A stretch of DNA of 64,000 bases from a virus, in IMG/VR virus record IMGVR_UViG_3300037155_000096. One strand, 5' to 3'. The translations under genes and the position numbers were made by a program. Of the stretch, positions 56,566 through 64,000 are shown in pieces. A model generated the notes under the pieces. It saw only the letters and a program-made list of their open reading frames with translations, searched no databases and was not told the DNA's origin. The number at the start of each line of letters is the position of its first letter. Positions within the stretch are counted from its first letter, which is position 1.

Positions 56566-57057
56566 TTATGCTGCTTCTTTTTTAATAAATAACTTGTAAT
56601 ACGCCTTCAGATAGCCACCATACGTGCCTGTCGCTACCGCCAACTTGTTCATTTCGCTGTGGCTATACGTTATAACCTTGAAATAAACGTCCTTCTCAAC
56701 TTCTCTTTTCAATACCAGCTCGCCCGTCACATCGAAATACTGACCTTTGTAGACGTTGAAAGCATGGTCAATCGGTATTCCGACTATATCTGCGAAGCCC
56801 TCGACATATTCGACTCCCGATATGTGCGAAGCCACCTGATAAGCATTCTGGTAACACTGCTTCGCCTGGAACATTTTGATCAGCCTATAAACGTCATTGG
56901 CTATTTCAGGGATCTTCTCTACCGAGACAACCTTCACCGCCTTCACTAATTTCGCCTGCCATGCATACAGATCTGAATCGCCAGTATAAAGTTTCGATAT
57001 CATTTCCAGATGGCTCTTGGGCGACTCTTCCGCTATATTAAAAGCTGAACAATTCAT
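56566..57057 (-). CDS. Transglutaminase/papain-like Cys-His-Asp protein between the terminase halves
   Basis: KQCYQNA (Cys), YVEGFA, IPIDHAF (His), YFDVT (Asp). Confidence 0.7.
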   Translation of the reverse strand: MNCSAFNIAEESPKSHLEMISKLYTGDSDLYAWQAKLVKAVKVVSVEKIPEIANDVYRLIKMFQAKQCYQNAYQVASHISGVEYVEGFADIVGIPIDHAFNVYKGQYFDVTGELVLKREVEKDVYFKVITYSHSEMNKLAVATGTYGGYLKAYYKLFIKKEAA

Positions 57058-57331
57058 CGCCCACCTTTAAGTTCTGAAGTTCCACATAAGTTAAATCGTT
57101 CATAAGGAACGGATGCTCCTTCGTAGCTCTCACTACAGAGCCATCTTCCATCGTGATTTTATAAACAGGGACATTAACTCCTGTCCGCTGAGCTGAATGC
57201 CCTTTACCCAGAACGCCCTGACCCGTGGCTGGATCTACCGATACGGTCCTAAAATTCTCAACGCCGACTAAATCTTTAATAGCAATTATGCCCTTCAGCG
57301 GGATCTTAATCGGAGTGTCGCCAGTTAAGCA
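57038..57331 (-). mobile_element. Split intein N-fragment (IntN, 97 aa)
   Basis: Block A CLTGDT, block N2 VYKITMEDG, block B ATKEHPF, ending LKVGDELFSF*. Confidence 0.93.
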
Positions 57332-58225
57332 ATATTCTCTTACGAATACGTTGGGATCTTCTCTTGCCTCAGCAATTCTTCTTTCAGTAAAATCGGTCGT
57401 GGTTCTTTTGGATGAAACCAGAAACAATTTCCCTGGCATTTTTCCAAACTTGTTAAACCGGGACTTGATTCTACGACTTACCTGAGCATATAGTAACTCT
57501 GCATTATCTACATGACCATGACGGGCATGTGAAGCCTTCATTTCCTTGCTCATAGCTCCCAAGAAGTTCGACTCATCCATGATTGCACCGATTGCGTTAC
57601 TTCCTATACCTGCATTTGCCGTACTGGAAGCTGGAGTCGCCCATACGTTATTCGGGAATCTTATTTCCTTCTGAGTCAGTTTCGGTTTGAACTTCTCATT
57701 GAAATACGGACTCATCGTGAGCATACCCTGAAGATCTTCGAAGATTACTTTACGAGCAGTCTGCTCTGACAATGAAATCGCCAGGAATGCTATCAGGGAA
57801 TCAGGAGCCAATCCAAAAGACTTCTGCGGATTGCGTAAACAGCTCATCTCATAGAACACTCTGCAGGCAGCTATTTTAGCCATGTAGGTCTTGCCCCAGC
57901 CGAGTGAACCAGTTAAAATAACTTCATAATACTCTCCATTGAAGAGTTCTATCATGTCGTCAATTAGCTTCGGCCATAGATTATGCACCTTCCCGAAGTG
58001 GTACGGATCTGTCAACCATGTTTCGATATCCACCATAGGTTCTTGGAACTCTAATTCGTTCATTAGTTCAAGTAACCCAGTTTTACCGCCGGTCATTTCA
58101 GCCATAATAAGTTGCATCACTTCCATCTCTTCAGGTGAAAGTGACCTTACATCCCTCTTTAGAAGTTTCTGTACCTCCTCCGGAGTCTGTTTACTTATAT
58201 TACGACCATCAATGAGTTCTATCAT
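57038..58225 (-). CDS. terL: Terminase large subunit N-terminal ATPase part, ending in split-intein N-fragment
   Basis: Walker A GSLGWGKT, Walker B AIMDESNF, motif LVSS, then EY|CLTGDT. Confidence 0.92.
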   Translation of the reverse strand: MIELIDGRNISKQTPEEVQKLLKRDVRSLSPEEMEVMQLIMAEMTGGKTGLLELMNELEFQEPMVDIETWLTDPYHFGKVHNLWPKLIDDMIELFNGEYYEVILTGSLGWGKTYMAKIAACRVFYEMSCLRNPQKSFGLAPDSLIAFLAISLSEQTARKVIFEDLQGMLTMSPYFNEKFKPKLTQKEIRFPNNVWATPASSTANAGIGSNAIGAIMDESNFLGAMSKEMKASHARHGHVDNAELLYAQVSRRIKSRFNKFGKMPGKLFLVSSKRTTTDFTERRIAEAREDPNVFVREYCLTGDTPIKIPLKGIIAIKDLVGVENFRTVSVDPATGQGVLGKGHSAQRTGVNVPVYKITMEDGSVVRATKEHPFLMNDLTYVELQNLKVGDELFSF

Positions 58226-58230
58226 TGGGA

Positions 58231-58305
58231 CTATTTCTTTTTATTAGTCGCGATTCTTTCAAGACTTTGAATAATCTCAGTCATTTCTTTTATTAGGTCT
58301 TTCAT
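58231..58305 (-). CDS. Micro-ORF (24 aa, not in ORF track)
   Basis: AAGGAAG RBS; MKDLIKEMTEIIQSLERIATNKKK*; ends 5 nt before the terL start. Confidence 0.55.
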   Translation of the reverse strand: MKDLIKEMTEIIQSLERIATNKKK

Positions 58306-58314
58306 AGTACTTCC

Positions 58315-58443
58315 TTATTTTATTAGTTCATTTAATGTCGAATAATGCGTTGCAATAGCTATCAGAATTAGAACCATCGAAAACAAACCGACAGCCCCAA
58401 TCGTTGTTAGCCCAAACCCTATAACCCGTAAAGACTTGTTCAT
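58315..58443 (-). CDS. Small single-TM membrane protein (42 aa)
   Basis: The ATG overlaps the stop of the T9SS gene (ATGA); MNKSLRVIGFGLTTIGAVGLFSMVLILIAIATHYSTLNELIK. Confidence 0.55.
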   Translation of the reverse strand: MNKSLRVIGFGLTTIGAVGLFSMVLILIAIATHYSTLNELIK

Positions 58444-59207
58444 TTCAGTAACACCATTTTGATTGCTGCCGTATGCTGATTTCCGTTTGCCCGCTTGGTC
58501 GTCATTGCGAGGATATACACGCCGGCGTACCGACCGCGCCATTTGACCTCGTAACTGCCCTGTGTGCGCATTTCATCTGGGAATGACTCTATCTTACTCC
58601 CGATGACATTATAGACCGTCAGTCTTACCTTACAGTCATAGGGGAGCGAATATCTGATCGTCGTCTCTTGATTAAATGGATTCGGGTAGTTCGACACGGT
58701 AAATTCCTTGGGTAACATTGACACCACGATAATATTCGAATGCACCGAGCCACCATCGTTGTCCACCTGATTCAGGCGATAAGCAATAACCCCTGCCATG
58801 GAGAGCTTATCTGAGAACATATACTCTTTACCCTTATTGCTATTCCCTTGGGCCGCCACGAAGCCGATCTTCTCCCAGGGACTGCCCATCCAAAGTTTTC
58901 TTTCTATCTCAAATCCATGAAAATTTACTTCCGTCGCTGTCACCCACACAAGCTCAACGTAATTGTCTCTTAAAGTTTTCCCCTTAAAAGAGATCAGTTG
59001 CACTGGTAGCGGCTCCTGATACTGATAAGCTCCAAGATCCGGATGATTATAAGGCACTGGATTTCCCAGTATATCCGTCTTAATCCGTTGTCCATTTACC
59101 TTTACGGTATCGCCAGCACCTCTACATGGGCTATTCCACTGAAGCTGCTGCGAAAACATCTGGCACGACAAAACAACTATTAGCCATATCCATATCATCC
59201 TTTTCAT
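58440..59207 (-). CDS. Secreted protein with type IX secretion (type A) C-terminal sorting domain
   Basis: Signal peptide; a choice-of-anchor-Q-like remnant (SPCRGAG...TDILG...PDLGAYQY); a PLPVQLISF...YRLNQVDNDG Ig domain; CTD NYPNPFN..TTIRYSL...YNVIG...GVYIL...KMVLLK. Confidence 0.9.
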   Translation of the reverse strand: MKRMIWIWLIVVLSCQMFSQQLQWNSPCRGAGDTVKVNGQRIKTDILGNPVPYNHPDLGAYQYQEPLPVQLISFKGKTLRDNYVELVWVTATEVNFHGFEIERKLWMGSPWEKIGFVAAQGNSNKGKEYMFSDKLSMAGVIAYRLNQVDNDGGSVHSNIIVVSMLPKEFTVSNYPNPFNQETTIRYSLPYDCKVRLTVYNVIGSKIESFPDEMRTQGSYEVKWRGRYAGVYILAMTTKRANGNQHTAAIKMVLLK

Positions 59208-59986
59208 ACGCCTACGTTCTCCAATACTTCTTCATTCTTTTCTGTTACTTGCAATTCTATCATCGCCGGCTTTTCTTCTGCCTGGACTTCCGCAAGAAGA
59301 CCTGCCACATCCCCAGCCCTTATGGACTTGAATAAACTCTCAGCCACTCCTAATACCTTGGAAACTGCTCTTGGATCGTTAAGCACTTTGGCTACCGAGT
59401 CTTTCCCATACTTCAAACCGAAATCGGTTATTAACTTTTTTCTTACTGCCGCTTCTTCACCCGGATTACCCTTGTTCACTCCCAGATCTCCCATTATCGC
59501 AGCAAGATCTCTTAACAGAGCTGCGGCTATCGCAATTTCATTTCCTGTTGTCTTAAACAACTTGTTTAATTTCTTTTCTGTACCGACATCAATATTGATA
59601 CGCCCCTTCTGGATCGCATAAAGCTCCTGCATCTCAGCCATGATATCCAGACCTGCATCAATCTTCTCTTTTGCCTTGATTACTTCAGCCGGCATACGAA
59701 TAGCCACCGTCTCCAGTGGCGTCAATGCTTTTCTGAACGAATTCAGGTGATCGATTAACTCTCCCTTAGCCATGCCCAGACCTGCATATTCCGCCGGGTA
59801 AGTAGTCTCGATGTAGTCAGCCACTCTTGTTGACGGCCAGCCCGCCTGTATTCTGGCTTTCAGCTCGGGGAAACACGTCAAAGTTTCCAGGGACGCCTGA
59901 TGGCTCTCCGGTTTCTTCGCAGACGGTCTCCTGAACACTCCGTTAAAACTTGGCAATCCACTGCCTTCTGGGTTAATCTTTACCAT
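59204..59986 (-). CDS. Probable terminase small subunit
   Basis: Helical 260-aa protein with an N-terminal HTH-like region and coiled coil, upstream of terL. Call rests mainly on position. Confidence 0.5.
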   Translation of the reverse strand: MVKINPEGSGLPSFNGVFRRPSAKKPESHQASLETLTCFPELKARIQAGWPSTRVADYIETTYPAEYAGLGMAKGELIDHLNSFRKALTPLETVAIRMPAEVIKAKEKIDAGLDIMAEMQELYAIQKGRINIDVGTEKKLNKLFKTTGNEIAIAAALLRDLAAIMGDLGVNKGNPGEEAAVRKKLITDFGLKYGKDSVAKVLNDPRAVSKVLGVAESLFKSIRAGDVAGLLAEVQAEEKPAMIELQVTEKNEEVLENVGV

Positions 59987-59994
59987 TGACTTAT

Positions 59995-60345
59995 TTATTC
60001 ATCCCCGGTGGGTTCATCTTCGTCAAAGACTCCGCTTTTTTCCAAGTCATCTGCTAATTTCTGTTCATCAGCATCATGCCCCTGTCTTCTTTTGAAGTCG
60101 GCGAGGGAAGTACCTAATACATCCTGTGCTTTTTCGGGATCTACTACGTTGAATATGAGCATAGCCTGGCTCCTCGTATCATAGTAAGCAGCCAAATCCT
60201 CAAAACTTGTATATTCGGTATTCATCGGCTTAACCCCTTCATCGGTGTCGATGTAGTTCACGACGACGCCGTCCTGCAGTCTGAAATATTCACTGCACAC
60301 CACTTCGTTATCGCTATTAAAATACAAGAACGCTATTTTTTCCAT
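59995..60345 (-). CDS. Hypothetical acidic protein
   Basis: 116-aa ORF in the operon. Confidence 0.65.
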   Translation of the reverse strand: MEKIAFLYFNSDNEVVCSEYFRLQDGVVVNYIDTDEGVKPMNTEYTSFEDLAAYYDTRSQAMLIFNVVDPEKAQDVLGTSLADFKRRQGHDADEQKLADDLEKSGVFDEDEPTGDE

Positions 60346-60354
60346 AAACCAACC

Positions 60355-62940
60355 TTATTTTTTCAATACGTTATTCATTATCTCGGATTTGTATTTCATA
60401 ATCGCACCCTCAAAACCCACGTCCATCATGTTCCTCAAATTCAGCCTGATGGCTTCTTTGATATTCGGTCTTGTGCCGGTCGGACAGAAGGAATCCAGCA
60501 TCCCATCTTCGTTGTCGCTGAACTCTGTCAACATTCCAATTATCTCGGGTTCGTAGTTGACGCCGACTTCACCATAAGTTCTGTAATCGAACGCAGGCAT
60601 GAATACTCTTTCAACCCAGCTATAACAGCGTTCATCTTTTGCATACTTCTTGGGGGGATCAAGCGCCAGTTCCCTTATCATAAATGACAGGATCGGTTTG
60701 CGGTCCATGAATCCGAAAGCCAAGTCGTTATCGAGGGCAATCAGTTTACCACTGTCTTTAATTATTCCTACGTTGTCAGTGAACCTGTCCTGCTGATAGG
60801 ACATGAAGTCCGCTACTACCAGCCTTTTTATGTCATCGCCGGAGATCTTCTGGATTATCGCCATTGCTGCGTCCTGCCCCTTAGCCTTTGGCTTGGCCAA
60901 ATCCTGACATACGATGAAGCTCGGTAAGAATTCAGCCATCTCAGCATCGAATATCTGGTTCTGTTTCTTTTCGTTTCTAACTTCCACGCCCTTGACATTT
61001 AACTCCCCTCCGCTAAGCTTGATCTGCTTGACCATCGGAGTGCCTACGCCGACTCTATTAAAGAAATCAGCTGTGCTTTGACTTATCGGACCGGTTTCAG
61101 TCTGACTGTGATGTCTTATCTTAAAAAAGAAATCTGTTCCGCCTAATTCAGCTTTGAACGTTGTATTCGCCCCACCGTTGACAATCTTGATTTTCTCAAA
61201 GCTGCCGGCTCCATCGGTACAAACCAGTTCGGCTGCTTTTGCAAATTTTAATTGTTCATCCAGAGGAATATCCATCTTGACGCCCGCCTTCATAACATCC
61301 AGAGTCGCCGCTGTAACTATTTTATCAGCATCCACCGAACCATCTTTTACGGAGGAAATCAACCCGAGGAAATTCACCTTGAATTCTTTACCGTTGATAT
61401 CTCCCTTAGCGTCCGCTTCTTCCTCCTTCTGCATCTGGTCTGTTAGGAACTGTGTGAACAAGTCCTCTGTTTTGAACGGAGAGACCTTGATGGCTTCATT
61501 TAATATGCGCTGCACACTGTTTTCAGCCAGAGTGGGATTCATCTCCTTCAATTTGGCTGAATAAAGTATCTTCATAAATTTGATTTTCTGGATCGGCATT
61601 ACTGTCGGCGTGACTCTCAAAGGCAGATTGTAATTCTTCAGGAAATCCGTAAGCTGTTTTACCGGATAAAGCAGTTCGACTGTCTTCGTAACCCACGTAT
61701 TATAGAGAGCAGGATTATCTGCGAGTAACTCAGTGAAGTATCTGGTCGCTGAACCTAACGGGATCTCAAGGAACGCCAGCCACCCATATCTGGACTGGTT
61801 GAAGGATGTTTCCTTCAGGTAGTTAATCATCTTGTCCTGGATAACTCTTGGGAACATCTTTCCCCAGTACAGAGCTATTGCATAAAACAAAACACCCCTA
61901 TTTTTATCTCCCTTCAGACCTGAGAAATCGAATTTTTCAAACTTCTCCTGATGCGCTGCTATTACCTTCTCGGCATGAGCATTGTCGCTGACCAGATCCA
62001 AAGCTGTCATCTCTTTGTTTTTCTTGGACAATGCGAAATAAGTATTCTTATCCCCCTTGAAATACAGTGGTACGTCCTCTGCGCTCCATAACGAGTTAAT
62101 CTGGTCTGCCAGTGTTTTGTCAGATATTCCCCGTGACATTACATTTTTACCTGGTGTCACCGGAACTTCATCTTTCGGATCCACTATGTCCAGAGCCGTA
62201 TCGATAACATCGCCGAAATATGGCTTGTAAACGTCCTTCCTTAGTTGCTCCCACTTGTCTTTGAACCCAGTATACCGGCTCGTACCCTGTGTGGATTCAT
62301 CTGAGGCATTGTTAATCGCGAGGTAAGCTGACGAATTGGCAATATCGTAGAACGTGAACGTATTCGGATCTCCTATAAACCCCTTTTTCTTAGCTTTCAG
62401 TACGAATAATCTGTGTTCGAAGCCAAATCTCCCCATTCTTCTATCCAAGCCGCCCACTGTCCGGAGCATTTGCTTGGTGGTCGTTATCCACGTGCCGTAA
62501 CTCTTGCCTGAAACCCTCAACTGGACTCCATTCATCTCGATAACTTTGCCCCTGACATTGACGTTCTGGGTAAAACAATGAATTCCCGTTGCCAGGAATG
62601 CGTCCATGTACTTCTTGAAGACAGGACTCTTAATCTTTATATAATCATCATTTAGCAGGAATCCGAAGTCATACAACTTTAATACATTCAGGACTCGATT
62701 TGAATTGGCTGATACGCCACCGTTTTTCTCCGCGAATTGCACTACGGCATTCGGGAATCTTTTCTTGAACTCCTCAAGGAGAGCATATTTCTCTTTGTTA
62801 CCGGAAGCATCTTCCACCACTATGATTTTGTCGCAACTGTTGACATCCGCGCATGCCGCCAGCGTGTCCATGAATTCCTTAAATACTGCCGGTCTGCTCC
62901 ACGTAATAATGCCTATAGCCCACTTCAACCCTCTATACAT
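60355..62940 (-). CDS. GT2 glycosyltransferase fused to HipA/PI3-PI4-kinase-like domain
   Basis: N-terminal IGIITWSRP..VVEDAS..NGGVSANSN..LLNDD..GGLD (GT-A fold). C-terminal FFFK...DFMSYQQDRFTDN...LIALDNDLAF (kinase). Confidence 0.8.
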   Translation of the reverse strand: MYRGLKWAIGIITWSRPAVFKEFMDTLAACADVNSCDKIIVVEDASGNKEKYALLEEFKKRFPNAVVQFAEKNGGVSANSNRVLNVLKLYDFGFLLNDDYIKIKSPVFKKYMDAFLATGIHCFTQNVNVRGKVIEMNGVQLRVSGKSYGTWITTTKQMLRTVGGLDRRMGRFGFEHRLFVLKAKKKGFIGDPNTFTFYDIANSSAYLAINNASDESTQGTSRYTGFKDKWEQLRKDVYKPYFGDVIDTALDIVDPKDEVPVTPGKNVMSRGISDKTLADQINSLWSAEDVPLYFKGDKNTYFALSKKNKEMTALDLVSDNAHAEKVIAAHQEKFEKFDFSGLKGDKNRGVLFYAIALYWGKMFPRVIQDKMINYLKETSFNQSRYGWLAFLEIPLGSATRYFTELLADNPALYNTWVTKTVELLYPVKQLTDFLKNYNLPLRVTPTVMPIQKIKFMKILYSAKLKEMNPTLAENSVQRILNEAIKVSPFKTEDLFTQFLTDQMQKEEEADAKGDINGKEFKVNFLGLISSVKDGSVDADKIVTAATLDVMKAGVKMDIPLDEQLKFAKAAELVCTDGAGSFEKIKIVNGGANTTFKAELGGTDFFFKIRHHSQTETGPISQSTADFFNRVGVGTPMVKQIKLSGGELNVKGVEVRNEKKQNQIFDAEMAEFLPSFIVCQDLAKPKAKGQDAAMAIIQKISGDDIKRLVVADFMSYQQDRFTDNVGIIKDSGKLIALDNDLAFGFMDRKPILSFMIRELALDPPKKYAKDERCYSWVERVFMPAFDYRTYGEVGVNYEPEIIGMLTEFSDNEDGMLDSFCPTGTRPNIKEAIRLNLRNMMDVGFEGAIMKYKSEIMNNVLKK

Positions 62941-62985
62941 AGCCCAATCCCATCGTTAGTTCAAAAATCTGCCCATCGTTTCGGC

Positions 62986-63723
62986 CTAGCTATTGCCGGC
63001 TGCCTTCTGCAATACTTCTAATAATTTTCCGTTCAACTGCGCTGGATCTTCGTTGATCTGCATCTCATCAAAAAACTTGAATACTTTCTTGTCCACATCC
63101 ATGAAAAACATCTTGCTCCCCTCGAAATCGAATATCATGTAGCCACGGCTATTCAGGGTTTCCCCGTTCTCTGAAAATATCCCATTCAGGATGCGACTTA
63201 AATTCTCTATGGACTTATCTTCGCCAGCTTCTTCCCATGCCTTGTCAATTTGCTCTTCCGTGAAGCCGTTATCTTTTAATTCTCTCTTAATAGCCTTGGT
63301 TACCGCCTCCCATTCAGTCTCATCAGTGAATCCGAAGAGGTCCTGTAACGATTCTTCTCCGTACTTCTCAGCCATTTCCTCATATAAGATTCGGAATTTG
63401 TCAGGATCTAATTCTCCCGACAGCATGTTAAGTTTCACTGTCAAGAATTTTTGTACGTCCTCTGACTTGAACTGAGCATCTGCCAGCACCACGCAGGGAA
63501 GTTCATGAAAACCCAGTTTCAGGGCGGCTTTATATCGGTGTGCTCCGCCTATAATCCTGAATTTCCCATTATCCAACGGTACGACCTGTATGGCTGCAAT
63601 AAATCCGGATGTCTGTATTTCTTTAAGTAATCTCTCGAATGCCTTGCCATCCATGGAATTCGGATTAAATTCGTTCTCCTCTATCTGTGTTATCGCTACA
63701 AATCGTATATCGTGGTCAATCAT
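62986..63723 (-). CDS. ParB/Srx-like N-terminal domain protein
   Basis: ENEFNPN...GF..AIQV...FRIIGGAHRYKAA; the ATG at 63723 is the likely start. Confidence 0.85.
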   Translation of the reverse strand: MIDHDIRFVAITQIEENEFNPNSMDGKAFERLLKEIQTSGFIAAIQVVPLDNGKFRIIGGAHRYKAALKLGFHELPCVVLADAQFKSEDVQKFLTVKLNMLSGELDPDKFRILYEEMAEKYGEESLQDLFGFTDETEWEAVTKAIKRELKDNGFTEEQIDKAWEEAGEDKSIENLSRILNGIFSENGETLNSRGYMIFDFEGSKMFFMDVDKKVFKFFDEMQINEDPAQLNGKLLEVLQKAAGNS

Positions 63724-63878
63724 ATTATCCTGCAATCAATTTCGTCGTGTGAATAAATCTATTTGTCAGTATTATCATTGAGGCTTGCAGGTATCAGACC
63801 GGTAAGAACACCGGGAAGGGCTGGCTAAATCAAGAAGACGCAATCCACGGGAATATGCGTCTTTCGAATCTAAGTGCA

Positions 63879-64000
63879 TTACATAGCTTTATCAAGAATT
63901 TCATCCATCTTGATGTCGGTAGTGTCAGCTATAGACTTTAACTTCTGTAAAGCTCCCCATATTTCATCATCTATGGAGAAGTATACGACCTTACCGCCAC
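63879..64000 (-). CDS. 3' end of a probable second ParB-like paralogue (frame broken at an A4 run)
   Basis: GGKVVYFSIDDEIWGALQKL, then SIADTTDIKMDEILDKAM* after a one-base shift. Aligns by eye with GSKMFFMDVDKKVF of the downstream ParB protein. Confidence 0.45.
   Translation of the reverse strand, partial: GGKVVYFSIDDEIWGALQKLKSIADTTDIKMDEILDKAM

Noticed and set aside
56227-57057. Homing endonuclease between the intein halves
   Set aside because: No HNH, GIY-YIG, LAGLIDADG, PD-(D/E)xK or Vsr motif recognisable in either ORF.
51900-63766. 14-bp inverted match ACAAATAGATTTAT (51900-51913) / ATAAATCTATTTGT (63753-63766)
   Set aside because: Only two copies of an AT-rich 14-mer; such matches are expected by chance in 64 kb. 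Noted only because both sit near the operator motif.
2312-63781. Numerous plus-strand and nested ORFs in the track
   Set aside because: They are antisense or alternate-frame shadows of well-supported minus-strand genes, with no motifs or RBS.
1-64000. Stop-codon reassignment
   Set aside because: Long genes are intact in code 11, and TAA, TAG and TGA all terminate genes at tight gene junctions.

Overview
Late (morphogenesis and lysis) region of a large contractile-tailed dsDNA phage with T4-like head proteins. Almost all of it is on the minus strand and reads in the standard genetic code. In transcription order (right to left) it contains: ParB-like gene(s); a glycosyltransferase-kinase fusion; a probable small terminase; a T9SS-sorted secreted protein; a large terminase fractured into two genes by a naturally split intein, with two unrelated genes between the halves; portal; an HTH regulator; prohead core/scaffold; protease; major capsid; neck; sheath; two tubes; a tail chaperone with a -1 frameshift site; tape measure; baseplate; a 3617-aa fibre and other fibres; a minimal PolX; a GAF-led lysis cassette; a metallophosphoesterase; and a nucleoside deoxyribosyltransferase-like gene. 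The T9SS sorting domain, the host-type beta-propeller and strong Shine-Dalgarno use point to an FCB-group host, most likely Ignavibacteria-like (inference). The first ~1.5 kb is a patchwork of broken fragments (RtcB C-terminus, a frameshifted plus-strand frame, a lipoprotein start) and may be an assembly artefact. All product calls come from motif recognition by eye; no database search was run.
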